NCBI GenBank assembly: GCA_034408725.1
Contig: JAWXCN010000117.1
Span: 1 to 15,093 of the forward strand
From: Candidatus Hydrogenedentota bacterium
Lineage (GTDB): Bacteria; Hydrogenedentota; Hydrogenedentia; Hydrogenedentales; SLHB01
Length of the DNA stretch: 15,093 bases
Direction of reading: 5' to 3'
Part shown: positions 8,620-15,093 of the stretch, in pieces
How positions within the stretch are numbered: position 1 is the stretch's first letter
Layout of the letters: every line of letters begins with the position of its first letter
Program-made: the position numbers and the translations under genes
Notes under the pieces: model-generated
What the model saw: the letters and a program-made list of their open reading frames with translations, nothing else
Told to the model about the DNA's origin: nothing
Database searches by the model: none

Positions 8620-9501
8620 ATGTCCGATCGGAAACCGTTGTTGGGAGTCATTGGCGGGAGCGGGGTGTACGACTTCGCCGGGCTCGAGAACAAGCGTTGG
8701 GTAAAAGTCGGGTCCCCGTTTGGCGAGCCGTCCGATGAGTTGTTGTTTGGCGAATTCGCGGACGAGCTGCTCGTGTTTCTTCCGCGCCACGGCCGCGGTC
8801 ATCGCATTCCACCGTCTGAGATCAATTTTCGCGCGAACATTGACGCCATGAAACGTGCCGGGGTAACACAAATCCTGTCGATCAGCGCCGTCGGGTCGCT
8901 ACGGGAGAATCTTCACCCTGGCGATTTTGTCATCGTCGATCAGTTTATCGACCGCACTTTCGCGCGCAACAAGAGCTTTTTTGGTATGGGCATGGTCGCG
9001 CACGTTTCCATGGCGAACCCCGTGTGCGGGCATCTGGGCGATTGCATCGAAAGCGCGGCCAGTGCCCTTGCGCTTAAAGTCAAGCGCGGGGGCACGTACA
9101 TGGTTATGGAAGGTCCGCAGTTTTCTTCGATCGCAGAATCCCACCTTTACCGTCAGTGGGGTTGCGACGTAATTGGCATGACCAACATGCCCGAAGCAAA
9201 ACTCGCGCGCGAAGCGGAGATGTGTTACGCCACCGTCGCAATGGTCACGGACTACGATTGTTGGCACACTGACCATGACCACGTCACCGTCGATCAGATC
9301 ATCAAGGTGCTGCATGCGAACGCGGACAACGCGCGCGATCTGGTGAAGCACCTGGTGCCGGTGTTGAAACAGCCTGGTTGCGTCTGTAATAAAGGCTGCC
9401 AGACGGCCCTCGAATTCGCACTGATTACTGCGCCGGACGCGCGTGATCCGGCTGTGCTGAAAAAACTCGACGCCGTCGCCGGGCGCATCCTCGCCTCTTA
9501 G
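8620..9501 (+). CDS. mtnP: S-methyl-5'-thioadenosine phosphorylase
   Basis: Motifs GVIGGSG, PFGEPSD, FLPRHGRGH, INFRANI, SAVGSL, EGPQFS, IGMTNMPEAKLAREAE and VTDYDCW. GAGAGG upstream supports the ATG at 8620. Confidence 0.93.
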   Translation: MSDRKPLLGVIGGSGVYDFAGLENKRWVKVGSPFGEPSDELLFGEFADELLVFLPRHGRGHRIPPSEINFRANIDAMKRAGVTQILSISAVGSLRENLHPGDFVIVDQFIDRTFARNKSFFGMGMVAHVSMANPVCGHLGDCIESAASALALKVKRGGTYMVMEGPQFSSIAESHLYRQWGCDVIGMTNMPEAKLAREAEMCYATVAMVTDYDCWHTDHDHVTVDQIIKVLHANADNARDLVKHLVPVLKQPGCVCNKGCQTALEFALITAPDARDPAVLKKLDAVAGRILAS

Positions 9502-9509
9502 CACAGGGC

Positions 9510-10337
9510 ATGTACGCCATCATCATCCACGGCGGCGCGGGCCAATGGCCTTCGGAACGATTGCATCGCGCGCAGGAGGGTGTTGAACGCGCGCTCCATG
9601 TCGGGACATCGATTCTGATCCGGAACGGCACCGCGCTTGACGCGGTCGAGAACGCCGTGCGCATACTTGAGGATGACCCCGTATTCGATGCAGGGACTGG
9701 TTCCTACGCCAATACCGATGGCGAAGTCGAGATGGACGCAATCATCGCCGACGGCGCGACGGGAAAATTCGGCGCTGTCGCGGCAATCCGAAACGTCCGG
9801 AACCCGGTGTCTGTCGCGCGTAAAATCATGGAGGAAACCCCGCATTGTTTGCTTGCTGGAAATGGCGCAACCCGGTTCGCACACGCCAACGGCTTTGAAT
9901 TCACCCCTACCCAAATTCTACTCGGCGATGCGGCATCGCCGCTCGGGGACACCGTCGGCGCCGTCGCCCTTGATGAACGCGGCCATATCGCCGTCGCAAC
10001 ATCCACGGGCGGCACGCGCGGCAAAATGCCGGGACGCGTCGGCGATTCTCCCCTGTTCGGATGTGGCGCGTATGCGAACATCAATTGCGGCGTCTCGACG
10101 ACAGGCGTTGGCGAATACATCATGCGCACGCTGCTTGCGAAAACCGTAGGTGACGGAATCGACCGGGGATTGACGCCCGCTCTAGCGATCAAAGGCGCCC
10201 TCGCAAAACTTGAACATATCGGCGGGCATGGTGGAATTATCGCGCTCGACCGCGAAGGCCGGGTTGGGTTCGTGTGTAATACGGTTGCCATGCCGGTTGC
10301 GTTCATTGATGGCAAGGGGTTGCGCGGAGAGGAGTAG
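9510..10337 (+). CDS. iaaA: Isoaspartyl peptidase/L-asparaginase (Ntn-hydrolase, asparaginase 2 family)
   Basis: Motifs IIIHGGAG, LEDDPVFDAGTGS, VEMDA, RNPVSVAR, the autocleavage nucleophile D/TVGAVA, ATSTGG, GRVGDSPLFGCG and TGVGE. Confidence 0.92.
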   Translation: MYAIIIHGGAGQWPSERLHRAQEGVERALHVGTSILIRNGTALDAVENAVRILEDDPVFDAGTGSYANTDGEVEMDAIIADGATGKFGAVAAIRNVRNPVSVARKIMEETPHCLLAGNGATRFAHANGFEFTPTQILLGDAASPLGDTVGAVALDERGHIAVATSTGGTRGKMPGRVGDSPLFGCGAYANINCGVSTTGVGEYIMRTLLAKTVGDGIDRGLTPALAIKGALAKLEHIGGHGGIIALDREGRVGFVCNTVAMPVAFIDGKGLRGEE

Positions 10338-10362
10338 CGCGGAATTGAAGTATCCCTCGCAT

Positions 10363-10394
10363 CTTCCTGTCTTCCACCCTTCCTGCCTTCATCA
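10363..10394 (+). repeat. Degenerate 8-mer tandem repeat, 4 copies
   Basis: CTTCCTGT CTTCCACC CTTCCTGC CTTCATCA, intergenic and pyrimidine-rich. Confidence 0.55.
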
Positions 10395-10461
10395 CCCGAT
10401 CATCGATCACGAGAACGAAATAGCCGCCACCCACCATCTCGCCTCTTGCCGCTTCTCGCCC

Positions 10462-10490
10462 TTGTCAGACCGTCTGTTGTTGGCTATACT
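10462..10490 (+). promoter_or_regulatory. Sigma70 promoter
   Basis: TTGTCA (10462-10467), a 17-bp spacer and TATACT (10485-10490). Each hexamer matches the consensus at 5 of 6 positions, and the -10 lies about 60 nt upstream of the ATG at 10550. Confidence 0.8.
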
Positions 10491-10549
10491 GTTGGTTTAT
10501 GCACGAAAACCGCGGGATTTCGTTTGCATTCTGATCAGGGGGGTACGCG

Positions 10550-12382
10550 ATGCGCCATGGGGCGAGCTTGATAGCAGGGCTCGAAGGCTTGAGCCGGCCT
10601 GCGTTCCGCATCGCAAAAGAATTGACGCTGAACAGCCGCTCGGGCCTGACCGTGCGTTTTCTATCCAAAAAACTCGAAGTGTCCGAAGAGGAAGTCGAGT
10701 ACATCATTGATGTAAACCACCGCATTTTTTTTACCGACATTACCAAGGTGAAATTGGTGGCCGAAGGCCCTCTGGTGGTGAAGCGCATTTCCGATGGCCT
10801 CGAAAACCGGGGCGACGTCCCCTCACTCGTGAATCTCGTGAAAGGGCTTGGCCCCCACGAATTCCGGCGTCTCGAAGAACAAATTGGGATTGATAAACCG
10901 GGCGGCAAAAAGGCGGCCGCGGAAGAGATCATCGCGCGCTGCTACGAGCATCCTGATTCCGTCGTCGAGTACGTTGCTTCGCGCGGTTTTTCGACCGCGG
11001 CGCAGGAGGTCTTCGATATCGTTTGGCAGACGCGCCAGGGCGTACTGCCAGCCGCGGCGATCCGCGGCGCGGCGGGCAAATCGGATTACGCGGTCGAGCA
11101 GGCAATGCTCGAGCTGTTTCAGGGGTTTGTCCTTTTCGAGATGTTCCGTTTCGACAGCGAAGACCGCTTGGTGCGCGCGGCCGGGGTGCTCTCGGAATTG
11201 CGGCAATGGCGCGAAGCATCACGCTCGAACGGCACGGGTAAGCACGCGCTTCGTTCCCTGAAAATAAAACCGCAAAGCATTGATGCCCGTGGGCTCGATC
11301 TCTCGGACCGCATCTGCCGCCTCGTAGCCGCAATTGCCGCCCGGCCCGCGCGAGTACGGGGTGACGGCGAATTGTTCCGCGAAGACCGGAAACGTCTTCA
11401 GGAGTTGTGCCCCGACGAAAACGAACCGTCATTGCGCACTTGCCTTTGGATGGCGCAGGGTCTGGGTTGGCTGGCGCGCGTGGATAGCGAGCTGCGCGCA
11501 GGCGAACTTGAATCGCTGTTATCGCTCAATCGCGTTGGCCGCCATCGCATCCTGTTTGAATGGATGATGACCAACGGCAGCGAGCCGCTGTCGCGCAGAC
11601 GCATGGGCGAATTGCTTGACGAGATAAAACCGGACTCCTGGTACCCTGCGACAGATTTCGTCGAGCATGCGCAACGCCACAACACAGATCGTGAACAACC
11701 CGCCCTGAAAAGCGCGGGTGGCCATTGGCACTTTTCGGGCGCGAGCGACACCAATTCCGAACGTGGATTGGCGCGCTCCCTCGAAGAGTCCTTCCACTGG
11801 CTGGGTTTGGTTGACCGCACGGAGGACGGCAACCGCGGGCTATTCAGGCTGACCCAGTTGGGACGGGCCTTCATCGGCGGCGGCGACGGAATCGATTTGT
11901 CGAAGCTGTTTCCCGAACGGCGCGGCGAGATCATCGTTCAGCCAAATTTCGACATCGTCGTGCCGTCACAGGACATGGATTCGCTGCTCACCGTTCCGCT
12001 GGACCAGTTCGCCGTGCGCGGCAGCACGGGTCTTGCTACGGTCTACACACTCTCGAAAGACTCCTTCACGCGCGCGGTTCAGGAAGGGCATGACGGCGAT
12101 GGTTTTGTAAAATTTCTGTTGGACCACAACCGCGGCGGCTCGTTGCCATCGAACGTATTGCAAACCCTGGACGACTGGCGCGGCGGGATGAAGCGCGTGC
12201 GCCTGCGTACGGTGCACGTCCTCGAATCCGACGATCCCCTCGTCATGGCCGACCTGGTACACCGGCGCCGGTTTGCCAAGCATTTCGAGCAAATGGACCC
12301 GCGCACAACCGTTGCCGTCGCCCGCATCTCCAAGACTGACCTCGCCAAGGAACTCGAGAAGGAAGGGTTTGTCGTAGATTAG
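10550..12382 (+). CDS. Helicase-associated (Helicase_C_3, XPB-NTD/p52-type) domain protein without helicase motor motifs
   Basis: 610 aa. The C-terminal region reads IIVQPNFDIVV...QFA...VYTLSKDSFTRAVQEG...FL...LPSNVLQTLDDW and is preceded by WLGLV...FRLTQLG. No Walker A or DExH motif was seen. Confidence 0.78.
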   Translation: MRHGASLIAGLEGLSRPAFRIAKELTLNSRSGLTVRFLSKKLEVSEEEVEYIIDVNHRIFFTDITKVKLVAEGPLVVKRISDGLENRGDVPSLVNLVKGLGPHEFRRLEEQIGIDKPGGKKAAAEEIIARCYEHPDSVVEYVASRGFSTAAQEVFDIVWQTRQGVLPAAAIRGAAGKSDYAVEQAMLELFQGFVLFEMFRFDSEDRLVRAAGVLSELRQWREASRSNGTGKHALRSLKIKPQSIDARGLDLSDRICRLVAAIAARPARVRGDGELFREDRKRLQELCPDENEPSLRTCLWMAQGLGWLARVDSELRAGELESLLSLNRVGRHRILFEWMMTNGSEPLSRRRMGELLDEIKPDSWYPATDFVEHAQRHNTDREQPALKSAGGHWHFSGASDTNSERGLARSLEESFHWLGLVDRTEDGNRGLFRLTQLGRAFIGGGDGIDLSKLFPERRGEIIVQPNFDIVVPSQDMDSLLTVPLDQFAVRGSTGLATVYTLSKDSFTRAVQEGHDGDGFVKFLLDHNRGGSLPSNVLQTLDDWRGGMKRVRLRTVHVLESDDPLVMADLVHRRRFAKHFEQMDPRTTVAVARISKTDLAKELEKEGFVVD

Positions 12383-12400
12383 CCGCGCACGCTCTCGTTG

Positions 12401-12543
12401 CTAGTGTCATGAATCCCAAATCCGTGGCAAAACTCACACGCATAGACCGATCTTCAAAGTCCCCCTTTGAAGGGGGATTTAGGGGGATGTAAGGTCTGAT
12501 TTCCAAATTTCATATCGAATGAATCTCGATCTTAGGACACTAG
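12401..12543. mobile_element. MITE-like element, 143 bp, with CTAG ends and imperfect terminal inverted repeats
   Basis: Left end CTAGTGTC (12401-12408) and right end GACACTAG (12536-12543) form a perfect 8-bp inverted repeat that extends imperfectly to 16 of 25 positions. The interior is more AT-rich than the flanking genes, and the element sits between convergent genes. Confidence 0.6.
12457..12488. repeat. REP-like C5/G5 hairpin with an extra G5 tract
   Basis: AAGTCCCCCTTTGAAGGGGGATTT forms a stem-loop and is followed immediately by a second AGGGGGAT. Confidence 0.7.
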
Positions 12544-12584
12544 TGTTCGTTTGCCTGCGCACGCTCGCGCGCTCGCTTCGTGTG

Positions 12585-13442
12585 CTAACCATAACCGGCG
12601 TCGCTGAACGTATAGTCGCGATACGCGATTCCAATTGCCAGTGCCACAAGAGCGCCGGTGGCAATGCCAGCGAACAAATTGCGGACAACGCTGTTTCGGC
12701 GCATGTTCAAATGCGCCAGCCACGGCGTGGTGGTGGATGCGGCGAGCAGCGCGATTGGCGCCGGCAACGATTGAGCATAAAAATATCCTTCAATCCAAAT
12801 CAGCGCAGTCAACAACCATGCGAGCGCGAGCGCGCCGGAGAGTGGATACCGTTGCGGAGCGAACCACGCGAGGACCGCCGCGCCAAAAAGCGCGGAAGTA
12901 ACCGCGCCTGCGAGCAGCGCAAGTTTCGCGCTCCCGGACAGCAACATGACCACACTGCCGCCGGCCATGGTGAGCAATGCGAGCGTGGCGGCGCGTGCGC
13001 GCGGGTCGCGCCGGACAAGCGCTGCGTAGGACTCCCCAATCGCGACACCACCACAAACGAGCACCGCGAGCCAGACCAATGTCTCCGCAAACTGCCAGGC
13101 ATGCGTGATCAAAGGACGAAGAACAATGGCCAAAGCTAATCCGAAAACAATAGACCGGACCGCAACCCGGAGCGGCGCGTTCTTGCTCCATCGTGACTCC
13201 GTCGCGCAAAGCACCATGAACAAGCCGCATGCGTAGACCAGCCACTGGGCGGCATCACGCGCGGGAAACAAGGGCCAGCCGAGCACTGCAATCAAGCCCG
13301 TGAATGCGCCAAACCCGACGGCCAATGCGCCGATGCTTTCCCCCCAATCTGGGTGGCGGCGTCTTAACGGCATGGCCGCCACTGCGAAAAACTGCGCGGC
13401 CACCGCGCAGGGAGCGATGGCCGCGATCAATTGCCGGAGCAT
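12585..13442 (-). CDS. Hypothetical polytopic membrane protein (285 aa, about 9-10 TM)
   Basis: Continuous run of hydrophobic segments from MLRQLIAAIAP. The ORF-track extension to 13580 overlaps yceI out of frame and does not look like protein, so the start is placed 26 nt after the yceI stop. Confidence 0.7.
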   Translation of the reverse strand: MLRQLIAAIAPCAVAAQFFAVAAMPLRRRHPDWGESIGALAVGFGAFTGLIAVLGWPLFPARDAAQWLVYACGLFMVLCATESRWSKNAPLRVAVRSIVFGLALAIVLRPLITHAWQFAETLVWLAVLVCGGVAIGESYAALVRRDPRARAATLALLTMAGGSVVMLLSGSAKLALLAGAVTSALFGAAVLAWFAPQRYPLSGALALAWLLTALIWIEGYFYAQSLPAPIALLAASTTTPWLAHLNMRRNSVVRNLFAGIATGALVALAIGIAYRDYTFSDAGYG

Positions 13443-13468
13443 CAATTCGACTTCTGATTGGTCCGTCG

Positions 13469-14056
13469 TTACTTTTTTGCGCCTTCGATACCGATGCGGA
13501 TCGTTACTTCGGCCCCGATCGCATCGGGCATGAACGCCATCCCGAAATCGGTGCGGTCGATGACAAGCGTAGCATCCCAACCGGCGAGTTGCTGGCCTTT
13601 CTGGCCTTTGCCAACGCCCACGAATTCGGCGTCGAGCGTCACAGACTTGGTAACGCCGAGGATGGTCAGATCACCCGTGACCTCGTAGGTCTCGCCTTCC
13701 TTCTTCTTGAAGCTTGTGCTCTTAAACGTCATCGTGGGGAATTCGGTGGCATTAAAGAAATCCGGGCCGCTCAGGTGTTTGTCGCGCGCCTTGTTGGCGG
13801 TGTCAATACTCGCCGTTTTGACCTCAATTTCAATGGAATTCTTGGCCGGATCGGCAGCGTCAATGGTGAAGCTCCCGGATGCCTCGTTAAACCTTCCATA
13901 CGAGTAACTTGCACCCAGATGCTTCACACGATACAAAAACGCGGAATGGACCGGATCCACTTCGTAGACGTCCGCGGCGCTGGCGGGCAAGGCGATTACG
14001 CCGAGGGCCGCAATAAGAGAAGCTGCGAGAAAACGCGAGGCAAAAGTGCAACGCAT
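13469..14056 (-). CDS. yceI: YceI-family periplasmic polyisoprenoid/lipid-binding protein
   Basis: Signal peptide ending ASA-A. Motifs YEVDPVHS, VKHLG...GRFN, SIDT...RDKHLSGPDFFNA.EFP.MTFKS, GDLTILGVTKSV and IDRTDFGM. The RBS GAAAGGA lies 7 nt upstream. Confidence 0.93.
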   Translation of the reverse strand: MRCTFASRFLAASLIAALGVIALPASAADVYEVDPVHSAFLYRVKHLGASYSYGRFNEASGSFTIDAADPAKNSIEIEVKTASIDTANKARDKHLSGPDFFNATEFPTMTFKSTSFKKKEGETYEVTGDLTILGVTKSVTLDAEFVGVGKGQKGQQLAGWDATLVIDRTDFGMAFMPDAIGAEVTIRIGIEGAKK

Positions 14057-14271
14057 ACAGGTTTCCTTTCATAGAATCGAGGTTGAATGCACCACGTGAA
14101 TACCTGTAAGAATGCCCTACACTTGCGATTTATTCCAGTATGAAAAGGGAATCCCCACTTTGGCGGGCGGGTTCGCGATAGAATGCCTGCCGTTCGACCC
14201 AAATGCGGCGCGGAGGATCGCGCGGTAAACCGTTGTGCGACGATAGGCATCGGAAGGAAGGGTGAACAGCT

Positions 14272-15093
14272 ATGACAAATGACCAAAACGCGACGACCGC
14301 AAGCCAGGCAGAGTCTTCCCGCGCGCTTTTGAGCCCGGGGGTGTGGGCCATGGGCGCGCTTGCCCTCTTGCTGCACCTCGTCACTGCGAATGGTTACGGC
14401 ATTTTCCGGGACGAAATGTATTATATCGCGTGCAGCGACCATCTGGCGTTGGGCTATGTAGACCATCCGCCGTTGTCTATCGCAATTCTCGCGGCGTGGC
14501 GCGCCATTTTCGGAGAGTCGCTTTTCGCGCTGCGCATACCCCCCGGCATCGCCCATGCCACTACCGCCATTTTCTTTGGCCTTATCGCGCGGGAACTGGG
14601 TGCGGCGCGATTCGGACAGTGTTTCGCGGCGCTGGCCGCCGCGCTGATGCCTGCTTACCTCGGCACCTCGTCGTTCTATTCGATGAACGGGTTTGACGTT
14701 ACTTTTTGGGCTGTCCTTGTCTACCTGCTCTGCCGGATACTGCGCACCGGGGACGCGCGCTTGTGGCTGGTCTTCGGCGTCATTGCCGGATTCGGTCTGC
14801 AGAACAAATTCAGCGTCGCCTTTCTTGGAATGGCGCTTGCCGTTGCTTTGGTGCTCTGCCTGCAATGGAAACAGCTTCGAGCGCCTCAACTCTATCTCGG
14901 CGGCGCAATCGCACTGGCGATTTTCTTGCCGCACGTCTATTGGATGTATTCGACGGATTGGATCACGCTCGAGTTCATGCGGAACGCCAGCAGCTCGAAA
15001 AACGCCGACACCAATCCACTCAAGTATTTCCTGGATCAGATTCTAATGGCCCATCCCCTCTTGCTGCCAGTCTGGATTGCGGGAGTCGTCTAC
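14272..15093 (+). CDS. GT-C fold glycosyltransferase (GT39/PMT_2, ArnT-like), 3'-truncated by the window edge
   Basis: Manual translation: MTNDQ...LHLVTANGYGIFRDEMYYIACSDHLALGYVDHPPL...FGESLFALR...SMNGFD...GFGLQNKFS...IFLPHVYW. The RDE-x-YY and DHPPL motifs are present, the frame is open to the window end, and GGAAGG(G) lies upstream. Confidence 0.9.
   Translation, partial: MTNDQNATTASQAESSRALLSPGVWAMGALALLLHLVTANGYGIFRDEMYYIACSDHLALGYVDHPPLSIAILAAWRAIFGESLFALRIPPGIAHATTAIFFGLIARELGAARFGQCFAALAAALMPAYLGTSSFYSMNGFDVTFWAVLVYLLCRILRTGDARLWLVFGVIAGFGLQNKFSVAFLGMALAVALVLCLQWKQLRAPQLYLGGAIALAIFLPHVYWMYSTDWITLEFMRNASSSKNADTNPLKYFLDQILMAHPLLLPVWIAGVVY

Noticed and set aside
10487-10505. TACTGT... 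as a possible E. coli-type LexA box
   Set aside because: CTGT-N8 is followed by GCAC rather than ACAG, and no GAAC-N4-GTTC is present either.
12243-12506. 87-aa minus-strand ORF containing IPLNPPSKGD
   Set aside because: It is a translation of the C5/G5 repeat and runs antisense into the 610-aa gene.
13443-13580. N-terminal extension MGCYACH (CxxCH heme-like motif) on the membrane protein ORF
   Set aside because: It lies out of frame within the 3' end of yceI and has no signal peptide, so it is most likely chance.
14143-14235. AAAAGGGAA followed by a GGCGGGC/GCCTGCC stem, suggesting a cobalamin riboswitch
   Set aside because: The GGTG-AA-CC hairpin, the GC-x-ACTGT element and the B12 box (GCCACTG...GGGAAG) are absent, and the gene context does not fit.
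13996-14934. 312-aa minus-strand ORF
   Set aside because: It is antisense to the GT39-like gene, which has clear family motifs, and is Arg-rich with no recognisable motifs.

Overview
GC-rich bacterial window, gene-dense. In order: (+) the C-terminal part of a PhyH-family Fe(II)/2-oxoglutarate dioxygenase and an MMPL/RND exporter; (-) a self-contained transcription unit with a sigma54 promoter, RBS, a 65-aa CxxC...HGxCPxC zinc-finger-like microprotein and an intrinsic terminator; (+) a tightly packed six-gene run (GldA/GldF/GldG-like ABC system, a four-repeat DUF4340-like protein, MTA phosphorylase, isoaspartyl peptidase/asparaginase); (+) a 610-aa Helicase_C_3-domain protein resembling TFIIH p52, behind a near-consensus sigma70 promoter; a 143-bp CTAG-bounded MITE-like element with a nested C5/G5 hairpin; (-) a YceI-family gene and a polytopic membrane protein; (+) a truncated GT39/ArnT-like glycosyltransferase absent from the ORF track. 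No rRNA, tRNA, CRISPR array or transposase was seen. All family calls come from recognising motifs by eye, not from database searches.
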